Assembly: GCA_046462295.1 (NCBI GenBank)
Contig: JBKGUS010000155.1
Location: 1-48,310 of the forward strand
Reading direction: 5' to 3'
DNA from: Thermoleophilaceae bacterium
GTDB taxonomy: Bacteria > Actinomycetota > Thermoleophilia > Solirubrobacterales > Thermoleophilaceae
DNA length: 48,310 nucleotides
The stretch's first letter is position 1, and each line of letters begins with the position of its first letter. The notes beneath the pieces are model-generated. The model did no database searches and was not told where the DNA came from. It saw only the letters and a program-made list of their open reading frames with translations. Shown one piece after another: positions 37,113 to 46,006 of this stretch. A program made the position numbers and the translations under genes.

Positions 37113-37934
37113 ATGCGTACCATCGAGCAGGTGCCACGGCTGCGCCGGCCCGACGGGGCCGAGATCGAATGGTGGGTCCAGGGCGAGGACGGACCGCTCG
37201 TGGCGATCGCCCTGATGGCGCTGCATCCGCGACCCGTCTGCAAGCGGATCGCGGAGGAGCTCGCGAGAGACCACCGCGTGCTGCGCTACGACCTGCGCGG
37301 CACCGGATCGTCGAGTCGCGTCGGCCCCTACGACATCGAGACGGATGCCGCCGACCTCGAGGCGGTGCTCGAGGAGGCCGGCGGCGACGCGCTCGTGGTC
37401 GCCCTCGGCGACGGCGCCCGGCGTTCGGTGCGGGTCGCCGCCGAGCGTCCCGACCTCGCCCACACGGTCGTGGTCTCGGGCGAGTTCCCGCTCGGCCGCA
37501 TCGGCCACCCCGGGTCCCAGGACGCCCTCGCCAACTCACCGGCCGTGCTCTCCGCCTTCCTCGGGCTGCTGGAGACCGACTACCGCACGGGCCTCCACAC
37601 GATGATGGCGTCGAGCGGCGAGGACGAATGGCACGAAAGCGCGCTGCGAGAGCGGCTGGACGCCATCGAGGCACACAGCCCCGCCGAGGTCGGCGTGCCG
37701 CGGATGCGATCCTGGATAGAGGACGACTCGCGCGCGGCGGGACGCGTGGTCGGCGGCCGGCTCTGGTATCTCCACTACCCGGGAAACGCCTGGTTCCAGG
37801 GCTCGATCGAGATCGTCCGCCGGAGTCTTCCCGAGGCGCAGGTCGAGGCGGTGCCGGACGGCGTGATCAACTGCCCGGAGGAGAACGCGAGCGTCATCCG
37901 CCGCATCCTGGCCGCGCGGAGGGCGGCTGCGTAG
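37113..37934 (+). CDS. alpha/beta-hydrolase-fold protein with degenerate catalytic triad
   Basis: 273 aa. The layout is typical (YDLRGTGSS ... VVALGDGARRSVRVAAERPDL ... VVVSG), but the nucleophile elbow reads LGDGA instead of GxSxG. The usual C-terminal GH is replaced by PDGVINCPEE. Confidence 0.65.
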   Translation: MRTIEQVPRLRRPDGAEIEWWVQGEDGPLVAIALMALHPRPVCKRIAEELARDHRVLRYDLRGTGSSSRVGPYDIETDAADLEAVLEEAGGDALVVALGDGARRSVRVAAERPDLAHTVVVSGEFPLGRIGHPGSQDALANSPAVLSAFLGLLETDYRTGLHTMMASSGEDEWHESALRERLDAIEAHSPAEVGVPRMRSWIEDDSRAAGRVVGGRLWYLHYPGNAWFQGSIEIVRRSLPEAQVEAVPDGVINCPEENASVIRRILAARRAAA

Positions 37935-37939
37935 GCTGG

Positions 37940-38563
37940 GTGTCCGTGCCCACGTTCTGCCGCCACAACCGCTTCTTCGCCGAGTGCCCGATCTGCTCGA
38001 AGGGCACCGTGCTCGACCCCTCGCGGTCGGCCACGCGGCGGCCGTCGTCGAGCTCGCGCCCGTCCGGCGGAAGCAGGCGGCGTTCCACGACCCCCGCGGC
38101 CGGCGTGCCGCGCGCCTCACGCGGGCCGTTCGTGGCGGCCGGGCCCTACGACGGAGCCGAGGTCCGGCTGGAGCGCGTGCCCGGTGGGCTGCGGATGGCG
38201 AGCTGGCGCGGCGGGCAGATCGAGCGCACGGCGCCGGTGCTCGACGCCGCCGACGCCCCCGCCCTGCTGGCCGAGGCCGCCACGAAGGAGCTGCTGCCCT
38301 CGCCGCCCGCGGAGAACGGCGGGGCGCGGAGCGATGTGGGGGCCTTCGGCGCGAGCCCCGGCCGCTCCGGCGAGCTCCGCGACGAGCTGCGCGTGGAGCG
38401 CATCGACGAGCGGCGCGTACGAGTGGCGCGCTGGATCCTGCGCCCCAACCGCGGCTGGGAGCTGCAGGAGGCTCCGGTGATGCTCCCGCCCGCCCGCTTC
38501 ACCCAGGCGCTGGCCGCCGCGGCGGGCAAGGGAGTGCTCGCGTCAGGCGGTCCGGCCGAGTAG
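37940..38563 (+). CDS. hypothetical protein with N-terminal Cys/His knuckle
   Basis: This is the real part of track ORF 37169..38563. GTG 37940 starts 6 nt after the upstream stop. The protein begins (M)SVPTFCRHNRFFAECPICSKG (C-x-H-x7-C-x2-C). A Ser/Arg/Pro-rich linker follows, then a C-terminal domain (LRVERIDERRVRVARWILRPNRGWELQEAP). It ends 13 nt before the addB-like gene. Confidence 0.55.
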   Translation: MSVPTFCRHNRFFAECPICSKGTVLDPSRSATRRPSSSSRPSGGSRRRSTTPAAGVPRASRGPFVAAGPYDGAEVRLERVPGGLRMASWRGGQIERTAPVLDAADAPALLAEAATKELLPSPPAENGGARSDVGAFGASPGRSGELRDELRVERIDERRVRVARWILRPNRGWELQEAPVMLPPARFTQALAAAAGKGVLASGGPAE

Positions 38564-38576
38564 CGACACTCCCTGG

Positions 38577-41500
38577 GTGCCGCTCACTCTCGTAACCGGT
38601 CCCGCCAACGCCGCCAAGGCGGGCGAGGTGCTGGGCGGGCTACGCGCCCGGCTGGAGCAGGATCCGCTTGGCGCAAGCACTCGGCTCGGCCGAGTGCGCA
38701 GCGATCCTCTTGGCGCAAGCACTCGGCTCGGCCGAGTGCGCAGCGACCCTATCCTGGTCGTTCCTGCGTTCCAAGACGTGGAGCACGCGCAGCGCGAGCT
38801 GGCCGAGCGCGGCGCGGTGTTCGGGGCGCGCGTGCTCCGCTTCGAGTGGCTGTTCCGGGAGATCGCCCTCCGTGCCGACCTCTCGCAGCGGCCCGCCTCC
38901 GACGTCCAGCGCGAGCTCGTCGTGGAGGAGGCGGTGCGCCGGGCCCGGCTGGGGGTCCTCGCCGAGTCCGCGGCCCAGCCCGGATTCGTCAGGGCCGCCA
39001 CGCGGTTCGTCGCCGAGGTCCGCCGCTACGACCGCGACGCCGCGCTCGACCCCGGCCGCTTCGCCCGGGCGATGCGGAGCTGGGCCGGCGGCGGGCCGCG
39101 CCGGCCCTACGCGGAGGATCTCGTCGCGATCTACGGCGGGTACCACGAGGGACTGGCGGCAGCAGGCCTGGTCGACGCCGAGGCGCTTGCGTGGCAGTCG
39201 CTCGACGCGCTGCGCGCCGAGCCCGCCCGCTGGGAGGGCACGCCCCTGTTCGTCTACGGCTTCGACGACTTCAACGCCCTGCAGCTCGACGCGCTCGACA
39301 CGATCGCGAACCACTGCCACGCGGACGTGACCGTGTCGCTGCCGTGGGAGCCGGGCCGGGCGGCCTTCAAGGCGGTCGCGCCGATCCACGGCGATCTGCT
39401 GAGCCGGCAGGCGACCGAGAAGCTCCTGCCGCCGCTCGACGACCACTACGCGCCCGAGTCGCGCGCCGCGCTCCACCACGTCGAGCGGAACCTGTTCGGC
39501 GAGGGCGGCGAAGGGGTGGAGGCGGAGGAGGCGATCTGGTTCCACTCCGCGGCCGGCCGGCGCGCCGAGGTCGAGCTCGCCGGCGCCCACGTGCTCGAGC
39601 TGCTCCGCGCGGGTGTCGAGCCGGGCGACGTCGCAGTGGTCTTCCGGCGCCCGGAGGAGTACGCGTCGCTGCTCGAACAGGTCTTCGGGGCCTACGGCAT
39701 CCCGTTCTCGATCGACCGCCCCGTGCCGCTCGGGCACACCGGCCTCGGGCGCGGCCTCCTGGCGCTCGTGCGTTGCTCCGCGCGGCGCGATGCCGGCGCG
39801 GAGGACCTGCTCGCCTGGCTTCGCACCCCCGGCCTGCTGAAGCAGCCCGGCCTGGCGGACCGGCTCGAGGCGAAGCTCCGGCGCGAGGGCGGCCACTCGG
39901 CGGTCCAGGCTCGCGCTGCCTGGGAGTCCGAGCACTGGAAGCTCGACGACCTCGACCGGCTGGCCGAGGCCCGCCGCCCGGCCGACTTCCTGGCCGAGCT
40001 GGAGCGCCAGCTCGGGCGCCTGTTCGCCGGTCCCTACAGGCGACAGGCCGCGGTGCTCCGCGGCCCCGAGCTCGAGGACCCACGCGTCTACACCGCCGTC
40101 CGCCAGGCGCTGGCCGAGCTCCGTGCCGTCGTGGAGGCCGACCCGCGCACCAGGCTCGATCCGGAGCGAGTGCTCACCGTGCTGGAGGAGCTCGAGGTGC
40201 GCCTCGGCGAGCCGCCCCAGCCCGACCGGGTGCAGGTGGCGAAGCCGGAGGCGATCCGGGCGCGGCGGTTCGAGGCCGTGTTCGTCTGCGGCCTCCAGGA
40301 GGGCGAGTTCCCGAGCGGGTCGTCGCCCGAGCCGTTCCTGCCCGACGAGGACCGCCGCGCCGTGGCGCGGGCGAGCGGCCTGCGGCTCCCGGTCCGCGAG
40401 GACCGGCTCGAGCGGGAGCGGTTCCTCTTCTACACCTGCTGCTCGCGCGCCGAGCGGCTGCTGGTGCTGTCGTCGCGCTCGAGCGACGAGGAGGGGAACC
40501 CCCAGGCCGAGTCGTTCTTCGTCGAAGACGTGCGCGACCTGCTGCTGCCCGGCGCCGAGCTTCTCACGCGCTCGCTGTCCGAGGTCACCTGGCCGCCGGA
40601 GGACGCGCCCACGGCGGCCGAGCTCGAGCGGGCGCTGGCCGCCACCGGCGCCCGCCGGGAGGAGGCCGTGGCGGGCCGGCTGAGCGCGGAGCCACTGCTC
40701 GAGCGGCTGGCGGCGCGCAAGGCGGTCTCGGCGGGCGCGCTCGAGCGCTTCGCCGACTGCCCGGTCAAGTGGCTGGTGGAGGACCTCCTGCGGCCGGAGC
40801 AGCTCGCGCCCGACCCCGAGGCGATGGTGCGCGGCGACTACGCCCACTCGGTGCTCGAGCACACCTACCGGCGCCTGCGCGCGGAGACCGGCGACCGCCG
40901 CGTGACGCCCGCCAACCTGAGCCTGGCCGAGCGGATCCTGCTCGAGGAGCTGCGCGAGCGCCAATCGCTGTTCCCGATCTCCCCGAAGCAGACGCGGGTG
41001 CGCGCCGCCGTCCGCCGGCTCGAGTTCGACCTGCTGCGCTGGCTCCGCAGCGAGGCCGAGGCGGACAGCGACTTCGAGCCCGAGCACCTCGAGCTGCGCT
41101 TCGGCATGGGCGAGGGGAGCGAGCCGGTCGAGATCGCCGACGGCCTCCAGGTGCGCGGCCGGATCGACCGCGTGGACACGAACGACGGCATGGCGCTGGT
41201 GCTCGACTACAAGACCGGGAAGCGCGTGGACCGCTACAAGGTCGCGAGCTGGGAGCCCGAGAACCGCTTCCAGGCCGCCCTCTACATGCTGGTCGTCGAG
41301 CGGCTGCTCGGTCTGCGCGCCGCGGGTGGCGTGTACGTGGCACTGGGCGCGCGCGAGCCGCGCCCGCGCGGGATGGTGGCGGCGGAGGTGGACGAGCTGG
41401 GCTCGGGGTTCGTGAAGACAGATCGGCTCGGCCAGGAGGAGTTCCGCGAGAAGCTCGAATGGGCGCTCGGGCGGATCCGCGAGACGGACGCCGCGATGAA

Positions 41501-41585
41501 GCGCGGCGAGCTGCGCTGCAACCCTGACTCCTGCGCTTGGAACGGCGGCTGCATGTACCCCTCGATCTGCCGGAGCGAGTCGTGA
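38577..41585 (+). CDS. AddB-like helicase-nuclease subunit (PD-(D/E)XK nuclease with Cys cluster)
   Basis: 1002 aa from GTG 38577. The N-terminal P-loop is degenerate (TGPANAAKAG). The RecB-type nuclease motif is GRIDRVDTNDGMALVLDYKTGK. Flanking cysteines are FADCP and CNPDSCAWNGGCMYPSIC. It sits directly upstream of a UvrD-type subunit and overlaps it. Confidence 0.85.
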   Translation: MPLTLVTGPANAAKAGEVLGGLRARLEQDPLGASTRLGRVRSDPLGASTRLGRVRSDPILVVPAFQDVEHAQRELAERGAVFGARVLRFEWLFREIALRADLSQRPASDVQRELVVEEAVRRARLGVLAESAAQPGFVRAATRFVAEVRRYDRDAALDPGRFARAMRSWAGGGPRRPYAEDLVAIYGGYHEGLAAAGLVDAEALAWQSLDALRAEPARWEGTPLFVYGFDDFNALQLDALDTIANHCHADVTVSLPWEPGRAAFKAVAPIHGDLLSRQATEKLLPPLDDHYAPESRAALHHVERNLFGEGGEGVEAEEAIWFHSAAGRRAEVELAGAHVLELLRAGVEPGDVAVVFRRPEEYASLLEQVFGAYGIPFSIDRPVPLGHTGLGRGLLALVRCSARRDAGAEDLLAWLRTPGLLKQPGLADRLEAKLRREGGHSAVQARAAWESEHWKLDDLDRLAEARRPADFLAELERQLGRLFAGPYRRQAAVLRGPELEDPRVYTAVRQALAELRAVVEADPRTRLDPERVLTVLEELEVRLGEPPQPDRVQVAKPEAIRARRFEAVFVCGLQEGEFPSGSSPEPFLPDEDRRAVARASGLRLPVREDRLERERFLFYTCCSRAERLLVLSSRSSDEEGNPQAESFFVEDVRDLLLPGAELLTRSLSEVTWPPEDAPTAAELERALAATGARREEAVAGRLSAEPLLERLAARKAVSAGALERFADCPVKWLVEDLLRPEQLAPDPEAMVRGDYAHSVLEHTYRRLRAETGDRRVTPANLSLAERILLEELRERQSLFPISPKQTRVRAAVRRLEFDLLRWLRSEAEADSDFEPEHLELRFGMGEGSEPVEIADGLQVRGRIDRVDTNDGMALVLDYKTGKRVDRYKVASWEPENRFQAALYMLVVERLLGLRAAGGVYVALGAREPRPRGMVAAEVDELGSGFVKTDRLGQEEFREKLEWALGRIRETDAAMKRGELRCNPDSCAWNGGCMYPSICRSES
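38661..38744 (+). repeat. in-frame tandem duplication, 2 x 42 bp, each unit containing a 9-bp-stem hairpin
   Basis: Unit 1 (38661-38702) and unit 2 (38703-38744) differ at one base (G/T at position 6). Each encodes DPLGASTRLGRVRS and contains GCACTCGGC tcg GCCGAGTGC. The next bases, GACCCT, resemble a third unit start. Confidence 0.9.
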
Positions 41586-44500
41586 GCCTGATGCCCGAGC
41601 AGGAGCGCGCGGTCGCGCGCCGGGACCGCTCGCTGATGGTCCGGGCGGGCGCGGGCACGGGAAAGACGACCGTGCTCGTCGAGCGCTTCGTGCAGGCCGT
41701 TGTGGCGGACGGCGTGCCGGTCGAGGGAATCCTCGCGATCACGTTCACCGAGAAGGCGGCGGCCGAGATGAAGGCCCGCGTGCGGGCGCGCTTCATGCAG
41801 CTGGGCTTTCGTGACGCGGCGCGTGCCGCCGAGGGCGCCTGGATCTCGACCATCCACGGGTTCTGCTCGCGCGTCCTGCGCGCGCACGCCCTGAGCGCCG
41901 GAATCGACCCCGCCTTCCGGGTGCTGGACGAGCTCGAGTCCGAGCGCGTGGCCACCGACGCCTTTGACGCCGCCCTTGGGAGCTTCATGGGCGAGGGCGA
42001 GGACCCGCAGCGGATCGAGATGGTGGCGGCGTACACGCCGGATCGGCTGCGGGACATGGTGCGGACGGCGTATGCGCGGCTGCGCTCGCGGGGCGAGCGG
42101 CGGCCGCGGCTGGAGGAGGCGCGACCGGTTGATCCCGCCGGCGAGCGCGCCGCTCTCGAGGACGCCGCACGCACGGCGCTCGCTGAGCTCGGCGGCCTGG
42201 CGGCATCGACCTCGACAACGGCGGCAATGAAGGCGATCGAACGCTGCCTCGACCTTCTCGGCCGCCTTCCGCAGCGTCAGCTGGCCGAGCCCGCCGATCT
42301 CGAGAAGCTCTCCTTCGCCGCCCGCTCCAAGGCGCTGTGCAGCGCCGTATGCGACGAGTACCGCGACGCACTGGCCGCCTACACGGCGCTCTGCACCGCC
42401 CGGCGCGAGTACCTCGACCACACGATGCTGCGAGTCCTGCTCGACCTCTACGGCGAGCGCTACGAGGCGGGCAAGCGCCGCCGCTCGGGGCTCGACTTCG
42501 AGGACCTCGAGCTGATCGCGCGCGACCTGCTTGCTTCGCACGCCGGTCTGCGGGAGCAGTACGCCGAGCGCTTCGCTCACGTGCTCGTCGACGAGTTCCA
42601 GGACACCAACCCGCTGCAGAACGAGCTGCTCGAGCTGCTCGGCCGGGACAACCTCTTCCGGGTCGGCGACGAGCGGCAGTCGATCTACGGGTTCCGCCAC
42701 GCGGACGTGGAGGTCTTCCGCGACCACTGGGAGAAGGCCGCCGCCGGCGAGCGCGCCGAGAGCATCACGGTGAACTTCCGCAGCCGCGGTGAGGTGCTCG
42801 ACGCGATCGACCTGGCCTTCGAGCGCACATGGGAGGACTTCGAGCCGCTGCGCGAGGCGCCCGGGGCGCGTGAGGCGGCTCCGGCCCTGGAGCCCTGCGT
42901 CGAGCTGCTCGTCACCGACCGTCACAAGAAGCGCTGGGACGAGGCGGTCGGCACGGACGACCCGTTCGGGCAGGCGATGCGCACCGCCACGCCGTGGCGT
43001 GCGGCCGAAGCCCGGCTGCTGGCGCGGCGTGTGGAGGAGATCGCCGCAGGGGGTGGCTTCGAGTGGCGCGACATCGTCCTGCTGCTGCGCGCCACGACCC
43101 ACATGGCGCACTACGAGCGGGCGCTCGAGGAGCGGGGCATCCCGACGCACGTGGTCGGCGGGCGCGGCTACTGGTCGCAGCAGCAGGTGGCGGACCTGCG
43201 TCACTGGCTGAGCGCGCTCGCCAACCCGCTGGACGAGCTGGCCGTCTACAGCGTGCTGGCGTCGCCGCTGGCGGGGCTGTCGCTCGACGCGGTGGCTCTG
43301 CTCGGCCTGGAGGCGCGCCGCAGCGGCCGCGACCCGTGGTGGGCGCTCCACGAGGGGGTGCGTCACCACACGGCGGATATACCGCCGCAACGTGACGAAC
43401 CCTCCTTGGCCGAGCTGCTCCCGGCGGCCGACAGGCGCCGGGCGGCCTCCTTTATCGCCCTGTTCGAGGCCGAGCGGCGGGCCGCACCGCAGGTCTCGCT
43501 CGAGACGCTGATCGACCGGGCGGTCACCAAGACCGGCTACGACGCGCACATCCTGTCGCTCCCCGCGGGCACGCGGAGGATGGCCAATGTGCGCAAGCTG
43601 ATGCGCATGGCGCGCGAGTTCGAGGCGGACGAGGGTCGCGACCTGCGCGGCTTCATCGACGCGCTGGCCGAGCGCGACGTGCTTCAGACCCGTGAGGGCG
43701 AGGCTCCGCTGGAGGCCGAGGCGCTCGACGCCGTGCGGCTGATGACGGTGCACCGCGCGAAGGGGCTCGAGTTCCCGGTGGTGTGCGTCGCCGACCTCGG
43801 GAAGGACGGCCGCGAGGACGACGGCTCGCTGCGCATCTCCGACGACGGCAGCCTCGGGCTGCGGCTGGCGTCGCTTGGGGGAGGAAGCGTCGACAGCGCC
43901 AAGCTGGAGCGCATCAAGGCCGAGCAGAAGACCGCGGGCGAGGCGGAGGAGAAGCGCATCTTCTACGTGGCGGCCACGCGGGCGCAGCAGCACCTGGTGC
44001 TGAGCGGGGCCACGGACCTCGAGCAGCTGCAGGAGCCCGACGAGCTGAAGGAGCCGATGCGCTGGGTGCTGCGCGGATTCTGCCCGTCGGCGGCGGGCGC
44101 GGGCCAGCAGGATGACGAGGCGTCGCCCACCGGCGTGCACGAGGACATGCGCGAGGGCCGTCCCGTGCGGGTCCGATGGCGCCGCCTCACGCCGGGCAAC
44201 GCCGACGAGCTGCTGCCGCCTCACGACCGAGCCCCGGCGCGCGCCGATCCCGAGCCGGGCGCCGGCGGGGTGCGCCAGCCCGAGCTGGGCCTCGCGGCGC
44301 TGCCCGCGCCGCGCGCACTCCCGGTCAGCCGGCTGTCCTACACCGGGCTCGAGGACTACCGGCGCTGCTCGTACCGCTTCTACCTCGAGCGGGCCTTGCG
44401 CCTGCCGCCGGTGGACCCCCCGTTCGCCGCCGAACCGCTGCCGGAGACGGGGATCGGGGGCCTGCTCCGCGGCTCGCTGGTTCACCAGCTGCTCGAGCGG

Positions 44501-45130
44501 CTCGACTTCCGGCGCCCGGCGCCGCCCTCGGACGCCGACGTCGCGGCGCTCGGCGACAGCCACGGCGTCGTCCTCGCCCCCGAGGAGATCGCCGACCTGC
44601 GCGACCTGGTCGAGCGCTTCGCTGGCTCCCAGCTGCGCGAGCGCGTCGCCCGCGCTCGCCGCGTGCGCACCGAGCTGCCGTTCGCGTACACGCTCGAGCC
44701 GCCCGGGGCCGGCGGGCGCAGCGTGCTGGTCAACGGGGTGGTCGACGTGCACGCCGTCGAGGACGGCGGCGGCCTGCTCGTCGTCGACTACAAGAGCAAC
44801 CCGCTCGAGGGCCGCGAGCCGGAGGAGCTGACCACCGAGCACTACTCGACCCAGCGCATCGTCTACGCCCTCGCGGCCCTGCGGGCGCGCGCTCCGAGGG
44901 TGGAGGTGGTGCACTGCTACCTCGAGGAGCCCGAGCGGCCGACCTCCGTGACGTACGAGGCGTCCGATGCCGCTCGGCTCGAGGCCAAGCTGCTCGAGCT
45001 CGCCCGCGGCGTGGTCGAGGGGCGCTTCGAGCCGACCTCCGAGCCGCACGCCGAGCTGTGCGCCACCTGCCCTGGCCGCGCCGCGCTGTGCTCGTGGCCG
45101 GAGGAGCGCACACTTGCTTCCGCGCAGTAG
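41582..45130 (+). CDS. AddA-like UvrD/REP helicase-nuclease subunit
   Basis: GTG 41582 overlaps the addB-like TGA (GTGA); ATG 41591 is an alternative. Walker A is GAGTGKTT, motif II is VDEFQDTNP, and VHRAKGLEF is present. The C-terminal RecB-type nuclease is LLVVDYKSN, with cysteines YRRCSY and CATCPGRAALC. Confidence 0.9.
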   Translation: MSLMPEQERAVARRDRSLMVRAGAGTGKTTVLVERFVQAVVADGVPVEGILAITFTEKAAAEMKARVRARFMQLGFRDAARAAEGAWISTIHGFCSRVLRAHALSAGIDPAFRVLDELESERVATDAFDAALGSFMGEGEDPQRIEMVAAYTPDRLRDMVRTAYARLRSRGERRPRLEEARPVDPAGERAALEDAARTALAELGGLAASTSTTAAMKAIERCLDLLGRLPQRQLAEPADLEKLSFAARSKALCSAVCDEYRDALAAYTALCTARREYLDHTMLRVLLDLYGERYEAGKRRRSGLDFEDLELIARDLLASHAGLREQYAERFAHVLVDEFQDTNPLQNELLELLGRDNLFRVGDERQSIYGFRHADVEVFRDHWEKAAAGERAESITVNFRSRGEVLDAIDLAFERTWEDFEPLREAPGAREAAPALEPCVELLVTDRHKKRWDEAVGTDDPFGQAMRTATPWRAAEARLLARRVEEIAAGGGFEWRDIVLLLRATTHMAHYERALEERGIPTHVVGGRGYWSQQQVADLRHWLSALANPLDELAVYSVLASPLAGLSLDAVALLGLEARRSGRDPWWALHEGVRHHTADIPPQRDEPSLAELLPAADRRRAASFIALFEAERRAAPQVSLETLIDRAVTKTGYDAHILSLPAGTRRMANVRKLMRMAREFEADEGRDLRGFIDALAERDVLQTREGEAPLEAEALDAVRLMTVHRAKGLEFPVVCVADLGKDGREDDGSLRISDDGSLGLRLASLGGGSVDSAKLERIKAEQKTAGEAEEKRIFYVAATRAQQHLVLSGATDLEQLQEPDELKEPMRWVLRGFCPSAAGAGQQDDEASPTGVHEDMREGRPVRVRWRRLTPGNADELLPPHDRAPARADPEPGAGGVRQPELGLAALPAPRALPVSRLSYTGLEDYRRCSYRFYLERALRLPPVDPPFAAEPLPETGIGGLLRGSLVHQLLERLDFRRPAPPSDADVAALGDSHGVVLAPEEIADLRDLVERFAGSQLRERVARARRVRTELPFAYTLEPPGAGGRSVLVNGVVDVHAVEDGGGLLVVDYKSNPLEGREPEELTTEHYSTQRIVYALAALRARAPRVEVVHCYLEEPERPTSVTYEASDAARLEAKLLELARGVVEGRFEPTSEPHAELCATCPGRAALCSWPEERTLASAQ

Positions 45131-45172
45131 CCCGCATCTCGGCATCTGTACACGGGGTGATACGGTCATCGG

Positions 45173-45937
45173 ATGTCTTCGGTCGACGGCCTTCGAGCGC
45201 TGGTCACGGGCGCCGGGGTCGGCATCGGCCAGGCGATCGCGGTCGAGCTGGGCAGGCGAGGCGCGAGCGTTGCGGTGCACACCTCCTCGAGCTCGCCCGG
45301 CGACACGCTCGCGGCGCTGGAGGCGGCCGGGGCGCACGCAGCGGCCGTGCGGGGTGACCTGGCCGAGGCCGAGGCGTGTGCGGCGGTGGTCGAGCGGGCG
45401 GGGGAGGCCCTCGGCGGGCTCGACATCCTCGTCAACAACGCGGGCCGCACGCTCGAGCGGCCCTTCTCCGAGACCACGGCGGCGGACTTCGACGCGCTCG
45501 TCGCCCTCAACCTGCGCGGCTACTTCCTCTGCGCCCAGGCTGCCGCGGCCGCCTTCGGCGAGGCCGGCGGCGCGATCGTGAACGTCTCGTCCATTCACGG
45601 CGGGGCCGGGCTGCCCCGCTTCTCCGCCTACGCTGCGACGAAGGGCGGGATCGACGCCCTCACGCGGGCCCTCGCCGTCGAGCTCGCCCCGGCCCGGACA
45701 CGCGTCAACGCGGTGGCCCCCGGCGTGGTCGAGGTGCCGCGCTACCACGAGCGCCCCGGCTACCACCGCGAGACGTATGCGAACGCCATCCCCGCCGGCC
45801 GCGTCGGCCTGCCGGAGGACGTGGCGCCGCTCGTCGCCATGCTCTGCTCGCCGGCGACCGCCTGGGTCACGGGTCAGGTGATCTATGTCGACGGCGGCAC
45901 GTCGGCGCGCTCGAGCTTCATTCGCGACCCGCTCTGA
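45173..45937 (+). CDS. short-chain dehydrogenase/reductase (classical SDR)
   Basis: 254 aa with [10 protein letters not shown] (TGxxxGxG), NNAG, and SAYAATKGG (YxxxK). Confidence 0.9.
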   Translation: MSSVDGLRALVTGAGVGIGQAIAVELGRRGASVAVHTSSSSPGDTLAALEAAGAHAAAVRGDLAEAEACAAVVERAGEALGGLDILVNNAGRTLERPFSETTAADFDALVALNLRGYFLCAQAAAAAFGEAGGAIVNVSSIHGGAGLPRFSAYAATKGGIDALTRALAVELAPARTRVNAVAPGVVEVPRYHERPGYHRETYANAIPAGRVGLPEDVAPLVAMLCSPATAWVTGQVIYVDGGTSARSSFIRDPL

Positions 45938-46006
45938 CTGTCGGCCCGATGCCGGCGACCGCCTCCTGTCCGACCCGAGGGATCGCGGCGGTCGCGAGCA
46001 CGCGGG

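Noticed and set aside
37113-45130. The hydrolase, zinc-knuckle protein and helicase-nuclease cluster as a novel anti-phage defence island
   Set aside because: The two large genes have the full architecture of housekeeping AddAB/AdnAB-type end-resection enzymes. There are no flanking mobile-element genes, no compositional shift, and no typical defence partners. Only the zinc-knuckle ORF remains unexplained, and it is reported separately.
41282-45766. 1494-aa minus-strand ORF antisense to the addA-like gene. Similar shadow ORFs are 38640..41087, 38846..41527, 15079..17574, 10547..12370 and 32056..33294.
   Set aside because: These are GC-driven shadow ORFs opposite to, or out of frame with, genes that carry unambiguous motifs (helicase, GltB/GltD, TopB). 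Their composition is low-complexity and Arg/Ala/Gly-rich.
45955-45995. GCGACCGCC...GGCGGTCGC inverted repeat between the SDR and iolD 3' ends, as a terminator
   Set aside because: The 9-bp arms are separated by a 23-nt loop, with no T-tract on either strand. The call is plausible but too weak to list as a feature.
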